Source of the DNA: a virus
Direction: 5' to 3' (one strand)
Length of the DNA: 64,000 bases
IMG/VR virus record: IMGVR_UViG_3300042898_006838
Span: 91,933-155,932 of that record
Translations under genes and position numbers: made by a program
Shown: positions 51,409-60,371 of the stretch, piece by piece
How positions within the stretch are numbered: the first letter of the stretch is position 1
Layout: each line of letters begins with the position of its first letter
Notes under the pieces: generated by a model
The model's database searches: none
What the model saw: only the letters and a program-made list of their open reading frames with translations
What the model was told of the DNA's origin: nothing

Positions 51409-51816
51409 TTAGGGTTCTTCCAGACACCGGACCTGGACGGTCATGCGCTGGATCTCTCCGCGCACGAACTCCAGGTCTCGGTATATGCCTTCGCTCCAGC
51501 CGTGTTCTGGCACCAGATCTCCGCGGTGACCGCAGTCGAAACCGATCCAGAACACCGGCATCTCATACCCAGACACCGACAGGGCCATGAGCATCGTCGT
51601 GGTCAGTGAGTCCGGAGACTCGGCCTTCTTGTAGGTCAAGCCACCATGGGCCCTGATGCCGCGCAGGCGGTTGCGGTCCATGGCCTTGTGGATTCCCAGG
51701 TACCCCCGCCACCACCCGCCGCCGGCGCGCACAGCCGCCAGAACTAGGCCATCGTCGTCGATGTGCAGCCAGCTGTCTGGCTCCGACAGCCACGGCTTCA
51801 AGCCACCGGCGGCCAA
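51409..51816 (-). CDS. phage hypothetical protein
   Basis: HGGLTY..WIGFDCGHRGD. Confidence 0.6.
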   Translation of the reverse strand: MAAGGLKPWLSEPDSWLHIDDDGLVLAAVRAGGGWWRGYLGIHKAMDRNRLRGIRAHGGLTYKKAESPDSLTTTMLMALSVSGYEMPVFWIGFDCGHRGDLVPEHGWSEGIYRDLEFVRGEIQRMTVQVRCLEEP

Positions 51817-52109
51817 GCCAGACTCCGCACGCGCTCGATCTCTTCATCGGTCAAGCTTCGGCCCTCGCCCTCGCCGTCTGTGGCCGTGACGAAGAACGGT
51901 CCGCAGATCACGTCCTGCAGCTCGGGCACGTAGCGATTGGGGAAGGCTCCGTTGATCTTGCCCTCCTCGTCGCAGACCAGGTCCAGACCGCCGGCCACGG
52001 GCACGAACTGAACGGTGCTGCATTCCGTGGCCTGGTACATTGACTCCAGGCCGCTTTCGATTTCAATGACTTCTGGTTCTTCCTCGACACGGAAAATGAG
52101 AACTCTCAT
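51798..52109 (-). CDS. DUF3846-like protein
   Basis: LVCDEEGK...PNR..DVICG...SLTDEEI. Confidence 0.65.
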   Translation of the reverse strand: MRVLIFRVEEEPEVIEIESGLESMYQATECSTVQFVPVAGGLDLVCDEEGKINGAFPNRYVPELQDVICGPFFVTATDGEGEGRSLTDEEIERVRSLAWPPVA

Positions 52110-52138
52110 ATCTTACCTCCGTCGAGGTTATGCCTTGA

Positions 52139-53056
52139 TTACAAGCCAAATCTCGCGAGTGTTGACGGTGAGAATTTCTTCATTGTTTCTATCTTGTTTA
52201 AGAACTTCTCTGGCGCCTTATAGTTGAACCTGTTGAGTAGGTTTTTCCTCATGGCTTTGGAGAATCCGTGCTGCTGAACGTGGTCCCAACCACGTTTACC
52301 GTATGCCTGCATAACGACTTTTTCTGCATCTTTGAAACTACTGGCGACGCTTGATGTTATTCTTTCTGGATCTTCAGACACCCGGCTTTGAAACCTCTTC
52401 AAAAGGTCTTTCTTCATCGACTTGGTGAAGCCGTGTTGCTTGACGTAATCCCAGCCTTTGGCTCCATAGGCTTTGTTGATCACGCCCTTGATGTCTTTCA
52501 TCTCGCCGCCGGCTCTCATACGCAGTTGGACTCGGCGGGCCTCATCTGATCCCGGGCCGGTCATCTTCTTGACCAGGTTGAACTCGTCGAAGATCACCTT
52601 CGGTGAGTGGTGTCCGAAATCATCATCGTATTCGGAGACGACCTGGTGTGGCTTGATACGTCTCTCGCCGACTTCGTGAAGACCTGACCTGATGTTGTTG
52701 GCTCTCCAGCCCTCAGCCGTCCTCGGAGAATACCTTCCGCCTTGGCTGTGCCCGGCCCCGCGTCTGGTCATGAACGCTTTTCCATCGACATTGCTTTTGT
52801 CGACTAAGTTAGACGCCTGTTCCTTGAGTGGATCGGATACTGATGGAAAATCTCTCCAGGCGCGAGCTTCTTGTCTCAGATTGGCTTTACCTTGTGACGC
52901 TTTCGGAACCGAGAAAGGCCCCTCTTCGTCCATGGCCCTCATGCCGCCACGTGTAAGCCTGACGATACCGGCACGGTTGTACGCGGCCTGCAGCTCCTCG
53001 ACGCTGGCTGCCACCTTCTCCAGGCCCGCGCGTACACCGTCTTCAAAGCTGGTCAT
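52139..53056 (-). CDS. putative virion-associated protein with internal repeat
   Basis: N-terminal FEDGVRAGLEKVAA motif; duplicated AYGxxGWDxVxQHGFxK. Confidence 0.6.
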   Translation of the reverse strand: MTSFEDGVRAGLEKVAASVEELQAAYNRAGIVRLTRGGMRAMDEEGPFSVPKASQGKANLRQEARAWRDFPSVSDPLKEQASNLVDKSNVDGKAFMTRRGAGHSQGGRYSPRTAEGWRANNIRSGLHEVGERRIKPHQVVSEYDDDFGHHSPKVIFDEFNLVKKMTGPGSDEARRVQLRMRAGGEMKDIKGVINKAYGAKGWDYVKQHGFTKSMKKDLLKRFQSRVSEDPERITSSVASSFKDAEKVVMQAYGKRGWDHVQQHGFSKAMRKNLLNRFNYKAPEKFLNKIETMKKFSPSTLARFGL

Positions 53057-53059
53057 GGC

Positions 53060-53323
53060 CTACATCCTCGTGTTCACGAACAATGGCGTCTTCGGTCCCA
53101 GCCACGAGCCGGCGACGTTGAAGTCGAAGAACTCACGGGCCTCGTCCAGGTCCATGCCGTCCCTGGCCATCAACGTCTCCAGGCACAGCCACTCGTCGTA
53201 GACCACGAAGGTCTCGCCGCCGCGACTGGCCGTGCCGATGATGGCGCCGTCGAAGCCGTCGGCGAACAACAGCTCTTCGTCGCCACTGGACTCGACACAT
53301 TCTTCCCTGGTCATGGCTTGCAC
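53060..53323 (-). CDS. phage hypothetical protein
   Basis: ADGFDGAIIG..VYD..EAREFFDFN..TPLF. Confidence 0.65.
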   Translation of the reverse strand: MQAMTREECVESSGDEELLFADGFDGAIIGTASRGGETFVVYDEWLCLETLMARDGMDLDEAREFFDFNVAGSWLGPKTPLFVNTRM

Positions 53324-53986
53324 CTAGCTGTTGGCTGCGGCGTTGAACCTGGCGACGGCTGACGGATCATTCATCCAGCTGCCGCTCTGTACCATGCGCG
53401 GCGCGATTTTCTTGCCGAAGAACTTATCGATGAAGTTGGCCTTCGGTGCCTCTGTCTTCTGCTTGTAGCCGAGTCCGTGTTCAAGTTGCTGGCCGGCATT
53501 GGACATGCGGCCCGGCGACATCTGCATCTCCACGGGCGTGCCCTTGTACGTGCCCTTGACGTTGACGCCGTGGTATCCGGGCCGGGCTTTGACGCTGTGG
53601 CTGATGTTCTCCACGCCGTGAGCCTTCAGCTTCTTGATCACGTCCGCAGCGTGTTCCGGGCTGGAGCTGTAGGACTGCATGCCCAGCAGGTCGTCAGGAA
53701 CTTCCTTCAGTCCCTTGGCGGCCATGGACGCGTGGCTCTTGACGCGGGCGCGATGCACCTTGACGCCCTTGCCCTTCAGGCCCGACATCAACTCCTCGCC
53801 CGCGGAGACGGCGGCCTTGCGCTGAGCCGTGAACAGCCCGTCTCCACCGGCCACGAGCTTCTTGCCGCCGAGGATTGCGCCCTTGATGGCCTTGATGCCG
53901 TGGGGGATGAGTTCGCGAAGACCTTCCTTGTCCATCGCCGCCGTCTTCGCGATACCGGCGCGCACGCCCTCGTCAAAAGCAGTCAT
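53324..53986 (-). CDS. RelA/SpoT-like nucleotidyltransferase (small alarmone synthetase-like)
   Basis: RVKSHASMAAK, DDLLG, PGYHGVN, PVEMQ, EH; N-terminal FDEGVRAGIAKTAA motif. Confidence 0.65.
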   Translation of the reverse strand: MTAFDEGVRAGIAKTAAMDKEGLRELIPHGIKAIKGAILGGKKLVAGGDGLFTAQRKAAVSAGEELMSGLKGKGVKVHRARVKSHASMAAKGLKEVPDDLLGMQSYSSSPEHAADVIKKLKAHGVENISHSVKARPGYHGVNVKGTYKGTPVEMQMSPGRMSNAGQQLEHGLGYKQKTEAPKANFIDKFFGKKIAPRMVQSGSWMNDPSAVARFNAAANS

Positions 53987-54438
53987 CTCGTCACCTCGTT
54001 GAGAGCAAAAGCAATTCCCACGCACATGCCCGCGCCGGCGGCAAAGGACAGGGGCGCATCCACCCACTCCCAGGCGTCCTCGGCGACAGCTGACACACGT
54101 GGGGCGATTCCGCACAGGGTCTGCTGCTGTGCGATTACGCTCTCAAGGCGCGTGACGTGGTCGGTCAGCACCCGCTTCTGAGCCTGCAGCTCGTCGACAG
54201 CGCGCTTCAGATCGTCGTCGTGGGCGCTGAGCTTATTCAGGTCGGCCTGCGCCGCCGTCAGTGCCGGTTCGCACAGCTCCAGCTTCCGGTCGCTGGCGTC
54301 CACCTGGTCCCAGACGTCGGTGCGCACCAGCACGTGGCTGGCGGCGTATTTCGCACAGCCGCCGTCGACGGGGACCAGGGCCGGAGCCTGCGCCTGGCCG
54401 GCGGCGGTGAGCAGGAAGAGGATGAGCGCCTGCCTCAT
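53983..54438 (-). CDS. signal-peptide coiled-coil membrane protein (spanin-like?)
   Basis: Signal peptide, coiled coil, hydrophobic C-terminus. Confidence 0.45.
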   Translation of the reverse strand: MRQALILFLLTAAGQAQAPALVPVDGGCAKYAASHVLVRTDVWDQVDASDRKLELCEPALTAAQADLNKLSAHDDDLKRAVDELQAQKRVLTDHVTRLESVIAQQQTLCGIAPRVSAVAEDAWEWVDAPLSFAAGAGMCVGIAFALNEVTR

Positions 54439-54989
54439 GACTTCATGTCCTTGACCGTCGATGCCGCCCAGGCCGCGCCGGCGTCGCCGCCCCACAGGTC
54501 CCAGGCGATGCTGCCCTTGGGCGTGTCCTTGTTCCGGCGGTGCCGGCTGAAGAAGGCGTGCATGCGCTTGACGGTCTCCGGGCTCACCGACCTGCCGCTG
54601 GCCAGGGTCTGGGCCCTGACGACGCCGCTGCCGATGCCCTGGGCCCCGGCCTGTGTCGCGGTCAGGCCACCGCGTCTGCTGGCCGGCGCCTTGCGCCTGG
54701 CCTCCAGACCCCGACGCGCGGCGGCACGCACGGCCTCCGGGGGAGCGAGACCGGCTGACGCCGTCTTCGACATCTTCGAGGCCCACATGTTGTCGACGAG
54801 GTTCGGGTACGGACGCCCGGCCGCCGCCGCCCGCTCCCGGGCCCGCGTTCGCCACTCGTCGCTGAGCCCCGGGCCCTTGCCGGCGTCCTTGGGCGCTGGC
54901 TTCTTCCACGGCGGTTTCTCGGCCGCCGTCTTCTCCAGGCCCGTGACGACGCCGGCTTCGAATGCTGCGGTCAACAACGTCTCAATCAC
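54435..54989 (-). CDS. phage head-associated hypothetical protein
   Basis: RPYPNLVDNMW and PPEAVRAAARRGL..RM.AFF.RH..IAWDLWGGDAG; FEAG..GLEKTAA motif. Confidence 0.6.
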   Translation of the reverse strand: MIETLLTAAFEAGVVTGLEKTAAEKPPWKKPAPKDAGKGPGLSDEWRTRARERAAAAGRPYPNLVDNMWASKMSKTASAGLAPPEAVRAAARRGLEARRKAPASRRGGLTATQAGAQGIGSGVVRAQTLASGRSVSPETVKRMHAFFSRHRRNKDTPKGSIAWDLWGGDAGAAWAASTVKDMKS

Positions 54990-55001
54990 GGCTTGTGCCT
55001 C

Positions 55002-55937
55002 TCAGGTTGTGGTGGAAGCGTTGTGGGTCAACTCGACCCACAAAGTGCCGTCGAAGAAAAATGACATGTTGCCACCCGGGTCGATGGTGCGGTTGGCGTT
55101 GCTGAGCGACAGCGCCGTTGCGACTCCGCGGTTGAGCTGAGCGTGGAACGTCGTCCCCACATTTTGCAGGATCAAGACAGTGCCAACATCCACACCGGCC
55201 GTTGGGATTGTTGGTGTCGAGGTCAGGCTCCTGTTGCCCCCTGAGACCTGGAAGCGATGAAGCGCCGACGTCGGCAGCAACTGCTGTCCGTCGCTGGACA
55301 CGGTCTGAACCGCTCCGGTTCCCAGAACCAGATCCGGCAGCGGGCCGGTTGGCCAGTCGGACGAGGACAGGGATGAGCCGGGCACGAAAGACACGGTGAT
55401 CGACGGATCGCCGTCGTAGGCCATGAACACGTCCACGGACACGCAGCGCAGAGCCTCGGCACCGAGCAGTGACACGGGCGTTGATCCTGATGCCGGCAGT
55501 GGCGAACCGGCATAGGTGGCCACGGTGTCACTGACTACGCCGGTGATGACACGGTCCTGCCCGCCGGAGCGGACCATGCGACCCTCGTCACCGGCGCTGA
55601 ACAGCGGCTGGCTGACGGTAACCGTGCCGGCGACAGTCGTGACGCCGGTGACGGTGTCGTGGACAGCCGAGGCCAGGGCCTCGTCGACGGCAGACTGCGC
55701 GGCCGTCAGCTTCTGCTTCTCGACAACGAAGGCCTGCAAGTTCTCGTCGCTGACGCCAGCGAGCTGGTACGACAAGGCCGTGACGTAGCGCGTGTCTCCG
55801 TCGTTCTGACGGTACACGGCCGTCGGCGTCTGGTTGACGAAGACGTCAACTGGAAGCGTGGACATGAACGCGGCGAGAGCCGACCTCAGACCAACGAGGC
55901 TGTCGCTGCTGACGAGTTCGATGCCGGCGGTGTTCAT
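55002..55937 (-). CDS. putative structural protein, paralog of 61686-62291
   Basis: T/V/S/G-rich, shares a domain with 61686-62291. Confidence 0.6.
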   Translation of the reverse strand: MNTAGIELVSSDSLVGLRSALAAFMSTLPVDVFVNQTPTAVYRQNDGDTRYVTALSYQLAGVSDENLQAFVVEKQKLTAAQSAVDEALASAVHDTVTGVTTVAGTVTVSQPLFSAGDEGRMVRSGGQDRVITGVVSDTVATYAGSPLPASGSTPVSLLGAEALRCVSVDVFMAYDGDPSITVSFVPGSSLSSSDWPTGPLPDLVLGTGAVQTVSSDGQQLLPTSALHRFQVSGGNRSLTSTPTIPTAGVDVGTVLILQNVGTTFHAQLNRGVATALSLSNANRTIDPGGNMSFFFDGTLWVELTHNASTTT

Positions 55938-57087
55938 TTCTCACCTCCGCCGCCACCGACGTTGGCCTTGATGTTGTGCGTGGCGAAGTACAGGCTGCTG
56001 GCGGCGCCGAGCATGGCCAGCGCCGCGTTGCTGTCGAAGGCCGGGATGACGTGGCCGAACACCGTCGCGCCGGCGCCCAGGCCCTGCAGCAGCCACAGGC
56101 CCAGGCCCGCGGACCAGGCCAAGACCAGGATCGCACTGGTCTTGCTGAAGTCGCCGTTCTTGAAGAACAGCGCCTTCACGCCCTTGACGTCAGGGCTGCC
56201 GTCGCCGTCGCTGTCCAGGCTGGCGAACAGGTGATCGAGCGCCGCTCGATCCTCGGGGCCGAGTTTCTCGGCCAGGGCCTTGAGTTGATCCGGGTTCACC
56301 ATGGCCCAGAGACTATGGCGTTGGCACCGGCTGGTCCACACCACCGTCAACGATCACCGGCTCACCGGCCGTCACCGTCGGCACCGGTTTCTCTGACGGA
56401 GTTACTGCAGATTCAAGCGGCTTCTGGAGCCCTGAAAGATCCATGCCCAGGAAGCCTCCGAGCAAGCCGAGGAGCAGGGTCAGGACGTGGCTGATGATCA
56501 ACTTTTTGTTCACGAGTACCTCTTGTTTGCGTCTGAGACGCGGTCACGAAATTGGTCGTCGACGTCCTTCGCCTTCTCGGCATAGTCGTCGGCTGGATTG
56601 GTGTTAACGGCTGGCTTGTCACCGACGACGATGTCAGGCAACACCGGACGCTCAGGCGTCACGACCTGACCGCCTCTACGGTTGAAGACCACGGCCGCGA
56701 CAAAGGCCATGACCGCGCCCAGGCCCGCCAGCAGCCAGTACCAACGCTCTTTAATCCAAATCATCACTGCTTCTTCCCCACATGCAAAAGGAACGGGGTG
56801 ATGCCGCTGCGCTTCAACATCGCGCTGCCGTTGTAGGCCAGGGCGCCGAGGATCACGCCCAGGATCAGGCGCTGGGCGTCGTTGACATCGTCAGGCATCC
56901 ACGGCCCGGGCACAAATACGCTGCAGAGCACGCAGAATGACAACGGAATCAGCGGCTCGGCCCTGTTCATCAGCCGACCCTTCTCAAAGTGCCAGGGGAA
57001 TAGGCGCTCGATCGTGACCATCAGGATCCAGACGGCGGCGCAGAGCATCACGTTCCACTCCCGGGCCAGGAGGTCGACAAGGCTCAC
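55934..57087 (-). other. cluster of small membrane proteins, holin candidates (55934-56302, 56313-56513, 56510-56767, 56764-57087)
   Basis: Each has 1-3 hydrophobic segments. Confidence 0.5.
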
Positions 57088-57695
57088 TTGGGCGCCAACC
57101 CGATGACCGGCAGGTTCTTCACCACCGGCGTCTTCTCGCGGAAAGACTTGCTCCTATTCACGGCCATGTTTCCCAGTGCGATGCCAATGCCGGCGCCGGC
57201 GCCGAGCATGACTCCAGCACCCATCCCCGCGACAGCCAATGGTCTCCATGACCGCGTCAGCGTCTGGCCGATGAGCTTGCTGGCGTTGTCCGGGCTCAGG
57301 CTCTTGCTGACGGCTTCGTTGGCAACGTCGGCGATCAGCTTCCTGTTGTTGTTCAGCGTCTGGTCGAGTGCTTGGCTGGTGGCATCGGCGAACCACTTCT
57401 TGTTCTCTGGCGTCATCACGCTCTTCACCGCCGACGCACTCATGTTCGAGGCCATGTCACTCATGCCCTTGACGGCACCGGGGCTGGCGATGTTGGTCAT
57501 CACGTCCTGAGCCACGGTGCTCACGGCCTTTGATGCCTGAGCCTGGTTTCCGGAGCTGAGAAGGAAACGGCCGACGACGTTGGCCCCTTCGTCCCTGTGC
57601 GTGACGACCTTTCCAGCCTTTGACTTGAACCAGTCCCAGGGTCCGGCGACCTTCTCGATACCGGCCCTCGTTCCGACTTCAAAGCTCGTGGTCAT
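57084..57695 (-). CDS. putative virion protein with a C-terminal hydrophobic segment
   Basis: N-terminal FEVGTRAGIEKVAG; Gly/Ala-rich hydrophobic segment. Confidence 0.55.
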   Translation of the reverse strand: MTTSFEVGTRAGIEKVAGPWDWFKSKAGKVVTHRDEGANVVGRFLLSSGNQAQASKAVSTVAQDVMTNIASPGAVKGMSDMASNMSASAVKSVMTPENKKWFADATSQALDQTLNNNRKLIADVANEAVSKSLSPDNASKLIGQTLTRSWRPLAVAGMGAGVMLGAGAGIGIALGNMAVNRSKSFREKTPVVKNLPVIGLAPK

Positions 57696-59200
57696 GACTT
57701 CTTCCCCGTCAGCGACGCGACCCACTCCGGGACCCCACGTCCCTTCTTCTGCCTGCCACTGGCGTCACTGCGCATCTCGTCGTCGAGAGGAATGCTTATC
57801 GACCTGGCCGCCGTCGCCGCACCTATGTCCCTGTCGGCTTCACCCGGTGTCTGGGCGTTGGCATATTTCTTCGGGCTCATGTCGCTGTGGATCTTGGCAG
57901 CAGCCAGCGCCGCCAGTGTCAGGCCCGCGGCGGCAAGTGCGCCCTTGGTCTTGCGGCCCATGGGCATGGACTCAAGAGCCTTCTTTCCGCCGCTCTTGGC
58001 GGCAGACGACGCTCTCCTCGTCACCATCTCGGGTCTGGGCGGGAGCTCCTTGAGGCCGTTCTTCAAAACCGGCTTCGGCTTGGTCTTCAGCGCCACACCC
58101 TGATCCTGACGGTGACCGCGTGCGGCCATCAGCATCCGGTTCCGCTGAAGCTTCTTGGCAGCGTCCTCCATCTGCACCTTCCTGGTCTCAGGGAAGCCGC
58201 TGTTCCGGCCGCTGGCGGTCAGGTCGTCCCACAACCTCTCGTCAGCCACGCGCTGAGCCAGCTCGTTGCTGATTGCCACCTTCTCCACGCCCGCACGCTG
58301 CCCGAGTCTGTTGGCCACGGCCGCGCCGCCGACACCGGCTCCGCCGACGACGCCGGCGCCGAGGGCCATGCGGCCCTTGCGGAAGTAGGGGATGACGCCG
58401 CCTCCCGTCGGCCGCTTGCCGTTGGCCGCCGCCAGCACCAGGCCGTGCCTGCTGAGTCCCTCGGTCTTCACGCCCTTGGCCTCGGCAGCACGCCGCAGCA
58501 TCTGGTCAGCGCCGAAGCCGGTGCCAGGCTTGATCTTGATGTCGATGCCGGTCACGGGCGTTATCTTCTCGGCTCCGAGGTTGTCGAAGGCGGTGGTGAT
58601 CGACCGGTTGAGCTTGTCGTAGTCGTAGCCCTCAAGCTGAGCGGCCCCGCGCCCACGGTCCAGGATCTGCTTCTTCACCTGGGACATGGGCTTGTGAACG
58701 CGGATGACGGCGTCGAACTTGTCTGGGTCGACCTGCGACAGCAGATGCGTCTGCTCGGCGATGACTCCGCGCCGGATCGGGTTCTTCTTCACCCACGACA
58801 CCAGGTCGCGGCCGCTCATGCTCTTGCCCACGTCGTCCATCATCAGCGGCGTCATGCCCAGTTCCTGACTCAGGGCCCGCGTCAACGTCGTCTTACCCGT
58901 GCCGCCCGTGCCGCTGACGGCGATGCGTGCCGTAGCCGGGTCGATGCCCTGGGCTCTGAGCGTCATCGCCACCTGCCGCGCCTGATCAACGGCCTGCTGA
59001 GGCAAGCTGGACTGGCGCTCAAGGGCATGGCCTCCGCCCTTTCCAAGGGCTTTGATCTCGGCCAGGAACTGCTTCCGCAGCGCCGGACGTGCGCCGATGA
59101 TCGTGGCAGCGGCGAGACCCGCTGCCCCCAGACCCGCAGCCGCCACCATCGCCCGATGCCGCCAGGGGCTGGGCTGACTGTCGGTCTTTTTGCTCTTCAC
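57692..59200 (-). CDS. P-loop kinase-like domain protein with hydrophobic segments
   Basis: IAVSGTGGTGKTT, MMDD; internal RAGVEKVA motif. Confidence 0.6.
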   Translation of the reverse strand: MKSKKTDSQPSPWRHRAMVAAAGLGAAGLAAATIIGARPALRKQFLAEIKALGKGGGHALERQSSLPQQAVDQARQVAMTLRAQGIDPATARIAVSGTGGTGKTTLTRALSQELGMTPLMMDDVGKSMSGRDLVSWVKKNPIRRGVIAEQTHLLSQVDPDKFDAVIRVHKPMSQVKKQILDRGRGAAQLEGYDYDKLNRSITTAFDNLGAEKITPVTGIDIKIKPGTGFGADQMLRRAAEAKGVKTEGLSRHGLVLAAANGKRPTGGGVIPYFRKGRMALGAGVVGGAGVGGAAVANRLGQRAGVEKVAISNELAQRVADERLWDDLTASGRNSGFPETRKVQMEDAAKKLQRNRMLMAARGHRQDQGVALKTKPKPVLKNGLKELPPRPEMVTRRASSAAKSGGKKALESMPMGRKTKGALAAAGLTLAALAAAKIHSDMSPKKYANAQTPGEADRDIGAATAARSISIPLDDEMRSDASGRQKKGRGVPEWVASLTGKKS

Positions 59201-59426
59201 GGTGCACTCTCCACGGTCACGATGTAGCCCAGGGCCACGAACTGACTCTCACGGCCCAGGTCTCTGAAGTCTTTGTCGCCGGCGACGACGGCCTGATCCA
59301 GCTTCTCTCGCCTCAGGAAGGCCAGGGCGCTGTCGATGGACGTGAAGAACGGCCACTTCGCGCGCGTACGCAGCCAGTGCTCACGACACTTTCCGCTGAG
59401 ACTGCGAATGACCACGATCTGCTTCA

Positions 59427-59690
59427 TCACGTCACCACGTGAACAGCGCCCTGTGCGACTTCACGCGCCAGGGACTGGGCCACGGCACGCGCCTGGGCCT
59501 GGAGGTAGTAGTGAGTGCCTACTCCTCCGGCCGCGGCGCCGAGGAGCATGTACTTTCGGCGCTGGTCGTTGTCCGGCGTCGCCGGAGCCAAGGCACTGCC
59601 GATGAAGAAGCCGGTAATGGCATTCTGCAGCACGCGTGGGTCAAGGCCCGCGCGCACACCGGCTTGGAAGCTTGCGGATTTGTTCACCAC
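59427..59690 (-). CDS. small membrane/virion protein
   Basis: KSASFQAGVRAGL motif; two hydrophobic segments. Confidence 0.5.
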   Translation of the reverse strand: MVNKSASFQAGVRAGLDPRVLQNAITGFFIGSALAPATPDNDQRRKYMLLGAAAGGVGTHYYLQAQARAVAQSLAREVAQGAVHVVT

Positions 59691-59702
59691 GTCTCGACTC
59701 CT

Positions 59703-60371
59703 TCAGACTTCAACTATCTCAGATGTAGCACCTGCGAGCAGGCGGCGGAACCGGGAGCTGAATGCGAACTTGTCGTCATAGCCCATGACCACGTAGGCCT
59801 TGGCGGCCTCGTCATCTACAGCCTGATCCAGGACTCCGTTGATCTCCAGGCCTCCGCCCGTGATCTTGTTCAGAGCCATTTGCACGCCGAAGTTGTCGAG
59901 GCTGAAGTCGTAGAGGCTGCTGATGCGAGCCAGTACGGTCTCGTGGCCAGCGAGGTAATCGAAGTGACCGGTCTCGACCTTCGCACCCTGCCACCCGAAT
60001 TGACGAAGCCAGCGGCTGAGGGAGCCAAAGTCACGACCAGCCGTCATCAGGTCAGGCTTCTTCGAGGACATGAACGCAGCTAGCGTCTCGTCGACAGCCA
60101 CGTCCAAGCTCATGCCGAAGTTGTGACCACTTTGAGTAGGTCGAGCGTAGTCACGATCCAGGCCATTCGACGCGGCCTGCAGGTGGCTGGCGACGGACGT
60201 GAACGCGGCCTTGAAGGTCACGGCCTGGCCGCAGGCGTCTTGGAGATCCTTCAGCGACTCGGCGGCGTCGGGCTGAAGCAGGCAGCATTCGGCGGGTAGA
60301 AACCCGTCGTCGGAGCCATTGAATCCAGGCCAGGCCCTGACCCTGACTCTCCGCAGAGACAGAGTCAGCAC
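59703..60371 (-). CDS. M15-like peptidoglycan peptidase with PG-binding-like C-terminus
   Basis: SGHNFGMSLDV (SxHxxGxxxD), FGW..ETGHFDY, VQMALN..LEINGVL. Confidence 0.55.
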   Translation of the reverse strand: MLTLSLRRVRVRAWPGFNGSDDGFLPAECCLLQPDAAESLKDLQDACGQAVTFKAAFTSVASHLQAASNGLDRDYARPTQSGHNFGMSLDVAVDETLAAFMSSKKPDLMTAGRDFGSLSRWLRQFGWQGAKVETGHFDYLAGHETVLARISSLYDFSLDNFGVQMALNKITGGGLEINGVLDQAVDDEAAKAYVVMGYDDKFAFSSRFRRLLAGATSEIVEV

